NCBI RefSeq assembly: GCF_003945235.1
Contig: NZ_RSDW01000001.1
Location: forward strand, 2,160,001 to 2,192,000
Direction of reading: 5' to 3'
DNA length: 32,000 bases
DNA from: Edaphobacter aggregans
GTDB lineage: Bacteria; Acidobacteriota; Terriglobia; Terriglobales; Acidobacteriaceae
This document shows, in pieces, positions 8,348-15,370 of the stretch. The number at the start of each line of letters is the position of its first letter. Within the stretch, counting starts at the first letter, position 1. The notes beneath the pieces were generated by a model. It was given only the letters and a program-made list of their open reading frames with translations, was not told the DNA's origin and did not search any database. The position numbers and the translations under genes were made by a program.

Positions 8348-8743
8348 CTATTCAAGTTGCTTGTACATCGTCATGAAGTCGAAGTTGTTCCACGATTCGA
8401 CGATCTTGCCGTCCTTCAAACGCACCATTGACATTCCCCGAAACTTTACCGGCTTGCCGGTGGGAGGCTTTCCCAACCCCTCGCCACTGTGGATGCCCGT
8501 CACGAGGCAGCGCGCCACTGTCTTATCACCCTCGGTCACGGTATCTTCCACCTTAATATGGATATCGGAGAACGCAGCGCGGAAGCTCTTGTAGAACTCC
8601 TTGAAGGCCGCCCTGTCGCCTACTTCCTTGCCGTCCGAAGACACCAGCCCGTTGCCTGTACTGTCAGGATGCGACATTTCGTCGATGGCCTCTTCGCGAC
8701 CCTTATTCCATACTTCTTCGAACCAACGCTCCAGAAATGACAT
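8348..8743 (-). CDS. SnoaL-like ester cyclase family protein
   Basis: 131-aa ORF. FLERWFEEVWNKG...GIHSGEGLGKPPTGKPVKFRGMSMVRLKDGKIVESWNNFD matches the ester-cyclase/SnoaL polyketide-cyclase fold pattern. Confidence 0.8.
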   Translation of the reverse strand: MSFLERWFEEVWNKGREEAIDEMSHPDSTGNGLVSSDGKEVGDRAAFKEFYKSFRAAFSDIHIKVEDTVTEGDKTVARCLVTGIHSGEGLGKPPTGKPVKFRGMSMVRLKDGKIVESWNNFDFMTMYKQLE

Positions 8744-8868
8744 ACGATCTCTCCGATCAGAATGGATTTTTGCTTGGGAGCCGGAACTGCGTTTGTAGAA
8801 GTGTAGGCATTATAGGGCTGGCCTTGGTCGACGAGCGGGATATTTCCGGATGTTGGTAGCATCGGTCT

Positions 8869-11184
8869 GTGCTGGAACTTTCTACACCAATCAAATTTGT
8901 AAAGCGCGTGGGGGAGCGCGTTGCCGAGGCCCTGGCCAAACGGGGCGTCGAGACCGTCGAGGACCTGCTGTACCACCTGCCGTTCCGGTACGAGGACAGG
9001 CTGAATCCTCTGCCGATCAGTGCACTGAAGGCAGGGACGATGGCCTCGATCATCGGCGAGGTGCGGGGGAGCGTGCTGCTGCGAACGCGGTCGATGCCGC
9101 TGTTCGAGATGACGGTCGGGCAGGGTTTCGACACGGTAAAGTGCATCTGGTTTCACGGCAGCTATCTGAAGGACAAATTTCGCACCGGTCAGATGGTGGC
9201 GCTGTACGGCAAGCTCGAAGCCTCGCGATCGAGTACAGGCAAGTTCAAGATGATTCAGCCGCAGTTCGAGATTCTGCCGGAGGCCGGCTCTCCCGAGGCC
9301 GAGTTCGTGATGCTCGAGGTGGGGCGCATCGTGCCGGTGTATGAGTTTCTGGGCGGCACGACGGCATGGGGTGCGAAGCTGACCTCGCGCTGGCTGCGTC
9401 GGGTGGTGTGGGGTCTGCTGGAGGAATTGGCAGCAGATGAGACAGGTGTGCCGGAGATGCTACCACGGGCGCTGCGCGAGCGGTTGCGACTTCCCGGGCG
9501 CCTTGAGGCTCTGCGAGCTGTACATTTTCCAGAGGCAGGAACGCCGATGACGGAGTTGATGTCGGCGGCCACGCCCGGGCACAAGCGGCTGATTTTCGAA
9601 GAGCTGTTCTATCTGGAGCTGGGCCTCGAGTTGAAGCGACGGCGGATGCGGGAACGTGAGGGTACGGCGTTCGCGACGAATGTGAAGGTGCGCGAGGCTA
9701 TCAAACAGGTGTTGCCGTTTCATCCGACTGAGGCGCAGAAGCGTGTGCTAGGTGAGATCGTAGCTGATATGCGTCGACCTCAGCCGATGCGGCGGCTGTT
9801 GCAGGGCGATGTCGGCTCTGGCAAAACAATCGTCGCAATGCAGGCGGCGCTGGTGGCGATTGAGAACGGTTATCAGGCTGCACTGATGGCTCCGACAGAG
9901 ATTCTCGCAACGCAGCATTATCTGTCGGCTCGGAAGCTGCTCGGTGATGCAGTGTCGCCGCGTACAGGCAAGCAGTATCGCGTGACGCTGCTGACGGGCT
10001 CACTTGACGATGCAGGAAAGCGCGAGGCGCGGGGCAGAATCTATCGCGGAGAGACGGAGCTGGCGATTGGGACACACGCGTTGATCGAAGAGAAGGTCGA
10101 CTTCGACAATCTCGGGTTGGTGATCGTCGATGAACAACATCGCTTTGGTGTGCAGCAGCGGTTCAAACTGATGAAGAAGCCGGGCGCGCTCGATCCGGAT
10201 GTATTGGTGATGACCGCAACGCCGATTCCGCGAACGTTGGCGCTGACTCTATATGGAGACCTTGATGCCAGCGTGATCGATGAGTTGCCGCCAGGGCGGA
10301 CGCCGATCATCACGCGCCGCACAACGGAAGAACGCGCCGAGGATGTGTGGGGCTTTGTGCGTAAGCAGGTCGAGGCGGGGCGGCAGGCTTACATCGTGTA
10401 TCCGGTGATTGAGGGTACGAAAGATGATCAGCCGGAGCTGGACTTTGCGCGGGATGATGCGGAGATCGCAGAAGCCGAGGCGAAAGTTGCAACTCGTGAT
10501 GCGAAGGCGACGAAGAGTGTAAAAGGCAAGGGCAAGGCAGCTAAAACGGAGAAGTTGTTTGCTCCGAAGAAGGCTCTTCGAGCTGCGACCGACATGTACG
10601 AGGAACTGCGAACGGGTGCGCTGGCTGGACTGCGTCTCGGACTACTGCATGGTCGGTTGAGTGCGGATGACAAGGAAGTCGTGATGCGTCGGTTTCAGCG
10701 AGGCGATATCGATGTGCTGATCGCAACCACCGTAATCGAAGTCGGAGTGGATGTGCCGAATGCGTCCGTGATGGTGATCGAACATGCGGAGCGATTCGGG
10801 CTGGCGCAGATGCATCAACTGCGCGGTCGTGTTGGCCGCGGTTCAGCAAAGAGCTACTGCATCCTGATGACCGCCGGTAAAGTGAGCGAGCAGGCCGAGG
10901 CTCGGCTGGACGCGATGGTCAGGACGCAGAATGGTTTCGAGTTGGCTGAGCTTGATCTGCAGCAGCGCGGGCCGGGAGAGTTTTTCGGCACGCGGCAGGC
11001 TGGCATGCCGGAGTTTCGCGTGGCGAATCTGATGCGTGACCGAGCCGTGCTGGAACTAGCTAAGATCGAGGCTGCACGGTTTGTTCAGCAGCCCGATCCG
11101 GCAATGTCGCGTGACGAACTCGATGCAGTGTGGGCCAGGTTGAAGCAGCAATGGCAACGGCGATATGGCCTTGTGGAGGCTTAG
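8869..11184 (+). CDS. recG: ATP-dependent DNA helicase RecG
   Basis: 771-aa ORF with motif I GDVGSGKT, DEQHRFGV, TATPIPRT, TTVIEVGVDVPNASVM and QLRGRVGRG, plus the TRG-like C-terminal block RGPGEFFGTRQAG. Confidence 0.95.
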   Translation: MLELSTPIKFVKRVGERVAEALAKRGVETVEDLLYHLPFRYEDRLNPLPISALKAGTMASIIGEVRGSVLLRTRSMPLFEMTVGQGFDTVKCIWFHGSYLKDKFRTGQMVALYGKLEASRSSTGKFKMIQPQFEILPEAGSPEAEFVMLEVGRIVPVYEFLGGTTAWGAKLTSRWLRRVVWGLLEELAADETGVPEMLPRALRERLRLPGRLEALRAVHFPEAGTPMTELMSAATPGHKRLIFEELFYLELGLELKRRRMREREGTAFATNVKVREAIKQVLPFHPTEAQKRVLGEIVADMRRPQPMRRLLQGDVGSGKTIVAMQAALVAIENGYQAALMAPTEILATQHYLSARKLLGDAVSPRTGKQYRVTLLTGSLDDAGKREARGRIYRGETELAIGTHALIEEKVDFDNLGLVIVDEQHRFGVQQRFKLMKKPGALDPDVLVMTATPIPRTLALTLYGDLDASVIDELPPGRTPIITRRTTEERAEDVWGFVRKQVEAGRQAYIVYPVIEGTKDDQPELDFARDDAEIAEAEAKVATRDAKATKSVKGKGKAAKTEKLFAPKKALRAATDMYEELRTGALAGLRLGLLHGRLSADDKEVVMRRFQRGDIDVLIATTVIEVGVDVPNASVMVIEHAERFGLAQMHQLRGRVGRGSAKSYCILMTAGKVSEQAEARLDAMVRTQNGFELAELDLQQRGPGEFFGTRQAGMPEFRVANLMRDRAVLELAKIEAARFVQQPDPAMSRDELDAVWARLKQQWQRRYGLVEA

Positions 11185-11240
11185 GGATTGGCAAAGAACG
11201 TGATGACTATCTCCCATCTCTAAGCCCCGTACGTTGATCT

Positions 11241-11675
11241 TTAGGACGCCACGGCAGTCATCATGTGATTCACCGGCTGCGCGTAGTGGGCCTTCTTTGG
11301 GCCGCGCTTCCGGGCTACGAGGACGCGGATGCGCTCGATCATCTCCGCAGGCGAACTGGCACCCTTCGGCAAAAAGACATCGGCGCATGAGGCACGGTCG
11401 AAGGCGTTGACGGTGCCGGAGACGATCATTGCGGGCAGCCCTGGGTGCAGCTGCTTAGCGCGTCGAACAAGTTCATTACCGTCCATCTGGGGCATGATGA
11501 GGTCACAAAGCAGAAGATCGAGCGATCCGGGAAGCGACTGCTCTACAACCTCCAGGGCCTGTTGTGAGGAGAGGGCCGGGATAACGCGGTAGCCGCGGGT
11601 TTCGAGCAAAAAAGTGCGGACAGAGAGTACTTGTTCGTTGTCGTCTACGCAGAGGATCGTCTTCTTGGGCCGCAA
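11241..11675 (-). CDS. Single-domain response regulator (REC/CheY-like)
   Basis: 144-aa ORF with KTILCVDDNE (acidic pocket), LLLCDLIMPQMDG (phospho-acceptor Asp) and MIVSG...LPKG (T/S and K positions). There is no output domain and no histidine kinase in the window. Confidence 0.85.
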   Translation of the reverse strand: MRPKKTILCVDDNEQVLSVRTFLLETRGYRVIPALSSQQALEVVEQSLPGSLDLLLCDLIMPQMDGNELVRRAKQLHPGLPAMIVSGTVNAFDRASCADVFLPKGASSPAEMIERIRVLVARKRGPKKAHYAQPVNHMMTAVAS

Positions 11676-11776
11676 TGCAATCTCAATTTCTGCCGGACGC
11701 CGCCTTGTGGCGTGCTCCAGCCGATGGGCCAGGCCGTCGCGCCCACTGGTTGGCAGGCGCGGCAGTCCGGATGTTC

Positions 11777-11797
11777 AAAAACAGGCCCCGCGGCCCG
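11777..11797 (-). terminator. Candidate intrinsic terminator (minus strand)
   Basis: The minus strand reads CGGGCC-GCGG-GGCCUG followed by UUUUU. The stem is 6 bp including a U-G wobble that is an A-C mismatch on the plus strand, which argues for minus-strand function. It lies 540 nt downstream of the phzF-like stop and 100 nt upstream of the response-regulator start. Confidence 0.4.
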
Positions 11798-12339
11798 GCC
11801 GGATGCGTACTCCGGCGCATAGTGGGTCGGCTGCTCCGGTGGGAGGCAGACAAGTGAGACGAGGCTCTCCTGTCTGCGCCACGGAGGAACAGATCCATTT
11901 GTCCGGCGAGCAAAGCTGCCGAACCACGGGGTGAGAGAGATGCCGAAGCCCGCGCAGGTTGCCACGCGAACTCCGGCGAACGCAAAGGATCGGTCTGCCG
12001 CGGATGCAATGGAGCCGAACCGAAGAAGGTTCAAACCCTCGACTGCGTTTTGCAGACAGCGATGGTGCGCTGGGCGGAGGCCGCGACTGCGAGGCAGTAC
12101 AGCGTCTCTCAACTCAAGTTGTCGGTAATACCAGGCGAAAGAACTCACCGATGACGACCCGGCACGTTGCATGCAAAGTCATCGTCGACGCTTGCCAAGA
12201 GTATGAAGAGTTGCCCTGCTTTGCAAGTGGCGAATCTAGGGCGAAAACAGCAAATATTAGAGCTTGCTCATCCACCGTTTTTTGCAAAGGCGCGTCACTG
12301 CTGGAGATTGATGTTACAGCCCTGTTGAAATCGAGTGCA

Positions 12340-13290
12340 TCACGGCAGGAAAAAGCGTCCCGTTGCAACGGGAATGGTGCGTCCTCCAACAAACACTTCC
12401 GACACTTTTTCGTCCGCGATCTTTGCAGAGACGTGAATGCGACTCGGTCGCAGCATTTCAATTCCCTGTTCGATGACCAGCTGTTGTCCACTCGCAGCCA
12501 CGCCATGTCGCACAAGCCACGCAATGGTGCAGCCGGAGGCCGAGCCTGTCGCTGGATCCTCGCCGTTGTAGAACTGCATGCGCGCGTGCCAGTCAGCTCC
12601 CGACGCTCGATCAGCACGCGTAACGCAGTGGAAGAATTTTGCCCCGCAGCGTTCGAGATACTTCCGTGCACTGTGTTGCGGAATGGCCAAACGTGAAGCA
12701 ACCTCAAGCGAGCGCAGCGGCACAATGCAGAAGGCCATGCCGGTAGAAACAGTCTGCGCGGGCAACTCGGGATCCAGATCATCGACCGAAAGGCCCAGTA
12801 CCGCAGCCAGCGCGGCTCGATCATGAACCTCGCCGAAGACTGGATCGTTCTGCTTCATTGTTCCAAAGACACCGTGCTCGTTCGGCTGCTGTGGCGTAAA
12901 GCGCACAGGGATGGGGCCGACTGCGAGTTCGAGCGTGATCTGTTCTGCGCCGCGCAGCACAGGATGGTTCCAATAGAGCCAACTTGCTGTGCCGAGTGTG
13001 GGGTGGCCTGCGAAGCGGAGCTCTTCCTCCACTGTGAAGATGCGGACATGTACACCGCGTTCGCGTTCCACTTCAGGCTCACGAGGCAGGATGAACGTCG
13101 TCTCACTGAGGTTGGTCTCGCGGGCCAACGCCTGCATCTCTGCAGTCGAAAGTCCTCGGGCATCGGTAAAGATCGCAAGCTGATTGCCTTCGAGAGGGCG
13201 CTCGGCAAAGACATCGACCTGGGCAAAGTCGAACGCCACGTGCGCGGTCTGAGGCGCTGCGGCGGAAGTTGTAGCAACGACAGTTGACAT
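12340..13290 (-). CDS. PhzF-family phenazine-biosynthesis-like isomerase
   Basis: 316-aa ORF. QVDVFAERPLEGNQLAIFTDARGLSTAEMQALARETNLSETTF...FAGHPTLG is the typical PhzF/YddE N-terminal pattern. A GAGGAG SD lies upstream of the ATG. Confidence 0.9.
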   Translation of the reverse strand: MSTVVATTSAAAPQTAHVAFDFAQVDVFAERPLEGNQLAIFTDARGLSTAEMQALARETNLSETTFILPREPEVERERGVHVRIFTVEEELRFAGHPTLGTASWLYWNHPVLRGAEQITLELAVGPIPVRFTPQQPNEHGVFGTMKQNDPVFGEVHDRAALAAVLGLSVDDLDPELPAQTVSTGMAFCIVPLRSLEVASRLAIPQHSARKYLERCGAKFFHCVTRADRASGADWHARMQFYNGEDPATGSASGCTIAWLVRHGVAASGQQLVIEQGIEMLRPSRIHVSAKIADEKVSEVFVGGRTIPVATGRFFLP

Positions 13291-13384
13291 GGCAGACTCC
13301 TCGGACTATGGTTTTGATTAGACCGCAATCAGGCCAACCTGCTTGATGCTAGCTCGGCTAGCCGCGGTACAAAAAATTTCAACG

Positions 13385-13453
13385 ATGACGATGATGCCCA
13401 ATTCGAACTCCACCCGCTGCTGTCGCTGTAGCCCGGTGTGGGTGTGCGAATGA
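13385..13453 (+). CDS. Candidate 22-codon Cys-rich leader ORF (MTMMPNSNSTRCCRCSPVWVCE)
   Basis: My own translation gives Cys codons at 13418-13423, 13427-13429 and 13445-13447. There is no SD. The A/T block TACAAAAAAT (13368-13377) lies just upstream, so any translation would be leaderless or near-leaderless. This is speculative. Confidence 0.3.
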   Translation: MTMMPNSNSTRCCRCSPVWVCE

Positions 13454-13487
13454 GCGAATCGAGGTAAGCATCGTTCAAGAAGCGCGG

Positions 13488-13522
13488 AACCCACCCAGAG
13501 CGAATAACCGGGTGGGTTTTTT
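13488..13522 (+). terminator. Strong intrinsic terminator upstream of the peroxiredoxin gene
   Basis: AACCCACCC (13488-13496) pairs with GGGTGGGTT (13510-13518) as a perfect 9-bp stem with a 13-nt loop. The T-run spans 13517-13522. No plus-strand gene lies upstream, since the neighbouring gene is divergent. Confidence 0.65.
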
Positions 13523-13590
13523 ACTGCAAACAGCAACTGTAGTCATCTCAAAGGAAGTGTAGGGGACGCACCCCGGAAGGCAGATCGACC

Positions 13591-14247
13591 ATGTCACTCC
13601 GTATCAACGATGTAGCTCCTGATTTCACTGCGGAAACAACGCACGGTACCATCCACTTCCACGAGTGGATCGGCGACAACTGGGCCGTACTGTTCTCGCA
13701 CCCGAAGGACTTCACCCCGGTCTGCACCACCGAACTGGGCGCGGTTGCCGGCCTCGAAGCAGACTTTGCCAAGCGCGGCGCAAAGGTGCTCGGCCTCAGC
13801 GTTGACCCGGTCGAAAATCATGGCAAGTGGGCCAAAGACATTCACGAGGTGAGCGGCTCAGTCGTCAACTATCCGATCATCGGCGACCCTGAGCTGAAGA
13901 TCGCCAAGCTGTACGACATGCTCGCCGCCGATGCAGGCGATAGCTGCGAGGGCCGCACCCCCGCCGACAACGCGCCCGTGCGGACTGTCTTCGTGATTGG
14001 CCCTGACAAGAAGATCAAGCTGACGCTGGCCTATCCCATGACCACTGGCCGCAACTTCGACGAGATCATCCGCGTGCTCGACTCCATGCAGTTAACGGCA
14101 AAGCACAAGGTGGCCACGCCAGCGAACTGGAAGCAGGGCGAGGACGTGATCATCACCGGCGCAGTCTCGAACGAAGAAGCGGACAAGATCTTCCCCGGTT
14201 ACAAAACGGTGAAGCCTTATCTCCGCACAACCACACAACCCCAGTAG
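13591..14247 (+). CDS. 1-Cys peroxiredoxin (Prx6 subfamily)
   Basis: 218-aa ORF. LFSHPKDFTPVCTTELG holds the peroxidatic Cys motif. The C-terminal ATPANWKQGEDVII...KPYLR block is typical of Prx6-type 1-Cys enzymes. Confidence 0.95.
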   Translation: MSLRINDVAPDFTAETTHGTIHFHEWIGDNWAVLFSHPKDFTPVCTTELGAVAGLEADFAKRGAKVLGLSVDPVENHGKWAKDIHEVSGSVVNYPIIGDPELKIAKLYDMLAADAGDSCEGRTPADNAPVRTVFVIGPDKKIKLTLAYPMTTGRNFDEIIRVLDSMQLTAKHKVATPANWKQGEDVIITGAVSNEEADKIFPGYKTVKPYLRTTTQPQ

Positions 14248-14267
14248 TATTAAATTTCTGCAATGCT

Positions 14268-14290
14268 CCCGCCGCTCCCCGTGCGGCGGG
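14268..14290 (+). other. GC-rich hairpin between prx stop and tRNA-Cys, without U-tract
   Basis: CCCGCCGC (14268-14275) pairs with GCGGCGGG (14283-14290), loop TCCCCGT. It is followed by CAAGAG, so it is not a canonical terminator. It may be a processing or stability element. Confidence 0.4.
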
Positions 14291-14295
14291 CAAGA

Positions 14296-14371
14296 GCACC
14301 GATGGCGAAGTGGCTAACGCGCTGGTCTGCAAAACCAGTATTCATGGGTTCAAATCCCATTCGGTGCTCCA
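14296..14371 (+). tRNA. tRNA-Cys (anticodon GCA), CCA encoded
   Basis: Manual cloverleaf: acceptor GCACCGA/TCGGTGC; D arm GCGA-AGTGGCTA-ACGC; anticodon arm CTGGT-CTGCAAA-ACCAG (GCA at positions 34-36); variable loop TATTC; T arm ATGGG-TTCAAAT-CCCAT; discriminator T plus CCA. Total 76 nt. Confidence 0.9.
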
Positions 14372-14422
14372 ACAAAACGAGACGCCGCTTCGGTATCTTG
14401 TGGGTTACTTTCCTGGTAAGGC

Positions 14423-15319
14423 CTACATCAATTCATCGATAAAGGACTTGGCGACATCGGCGGGAATACGTATCTCCTGTTGAACAAGAGGTCCTGGTTT
14501 CAAGACCGGCTCCGCCTCGTGCAATGTAGGCACATCTGTGCGCTCAAAGAAGAGCCCAATTGGAATCTCCTCACCCCAAAGCAACGACTTTTCCATCGCC
14601 CCTGTCCAGTCCGTTGGATCATATGCGGGATTGTCTTCAAGCTTCTTGACCCGCGGCCGGAACCACTGGAAAGTGTTGTCGTGGTTATAGGTCACACATG
14701 GGCTGAAGATGTCGATGAAGGAGAAGCCTTTGTGTTCGATTCCTCGTTTGATCAATTCAGTCAGGTGCTTCTGATCAGCGCTGAAGCCACGCGCGACGAA
14801 GGTTGCCCCTGCAGCAAGGGCAAGCGATATTGGGTTCACCGGAGCCTCAAGATTTCCAAACGGCATGCTCTTCGTCTTCATGCCGGGGCGGCTAGTTGGT
14901 GAGGTCTGCCCAGTGGTGAGCCCATATATCTGGTTATCCATCACGAGATAGGTCAGGTCGATGTTGCGACGCATCGTATGCATGAAGTGGCCGGCGCCGA
15001 TCCCAAAGCCATCCCCGTCGCCGCCCGTCACCAGGACCGTCATGGCGTGGTTGGCGAGCTTCATGCCGCTCGCTACCGGAAGCGATCTGCCATGTAGCGT
15101 GTGCATGCCATACGTGTCGATGAAGCCAGGAAAGTTCGAGGAGCATCCGATGCCGCTGATCGTCGCCACCTCATGCTTCGGAATCTGCAGTTCGACCAGA
15201 GCCTTCTGTACTGCGGCGAGAACTCCGAAGTCCCCACATCCCGGACACCAGTCGGGATCGACCTTACCCTTGAAATCGGCCATTACCATCTGTTTGGGAA
15301 GTACTGCCTCAGTCGCCAT
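14423..15319 (-). CDS. korB: 2-oxoacid:ferredoxin oxidoreductase, beta (TPP-binding) subunit
   Basis: 298-aa ORF with CPGCGDFG, GIGCSS and the GGDGDGFGIG TPP motif. It lies immediately downstream of the alpha subunit. Confidence 0.9.
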   Translation of the reverse strand: MATEAVLPKQMVMADFKGKVDPDWCPGCGDFGVLAAVQKALVELQIPKHEVATISGIGCSSNFPGFIDTYGMHTLHGRSLPVASGMKLANHAMTVLVTGGDGDGFGIGAGHFMHTMRRNIDLTYLVMDNQIYGLTTGQTSPTSRPGMKTKSMPFGNLEAPVNPISLALAAGATFVARGFSADQKHLTELIKRGIEHKGFSFIDIFSPCVTYNHDNTFQWFRPRVKKLEDNPAYDPTDWTGAMEKSLLWGEEIPIGLFFERTDVPTLHEAEPVLKPGPLVQQEIRIPADVAKSFIDELM

Positions 15320-15370
15320 TGGAACCTCTTTTCGAATGTTCTAAACCTTGAACTCTGCTCAGACCAGAAC

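Noticed and set aside
12017-12040. The GGTTCAAACCC string resembles a tRNA/tmRNA T-loop.
   Set aside because: Flanking bases give only 3 of 5 T-stem pairs. No acceptor, D or anticodon arms could be built on either strand.
11676-12339. Attempt to identify the gap as RNase P RNA, tmRNA, SRP RNA, or a cobalamin or c-di-GMP-I riboswitch.
   Set aside because: Signature strings remembered for these families were not found on either strand. Examples are GGAAAGTCCGG plus ACAGAA-N-GGCTTA for RNase P, a tag ORF ending in LAA plus a 3' tRNA-like end for tmRNA, and GGAAGCAGCC for SRP. This was only an eye-scan, so a covariance-model search is still needed.
11959-12824. A 245-aa plus-strand ORF and a 236-aa minus-strand ORF overlapping the PhzF-family gene and the non-coding gap.
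   Set aside because: They are out of frame or antisense relative to a well-supported PhzF-family CDS, and their sequences are not protein-like.
14372-14422. A small CCG-CTT-CGG hairpin between tRNA-Cys and the korB stop, considered as a possible bidirectional terminator.
   Set aside because: It has only 3-4 bp of stem, which is too weak to call.
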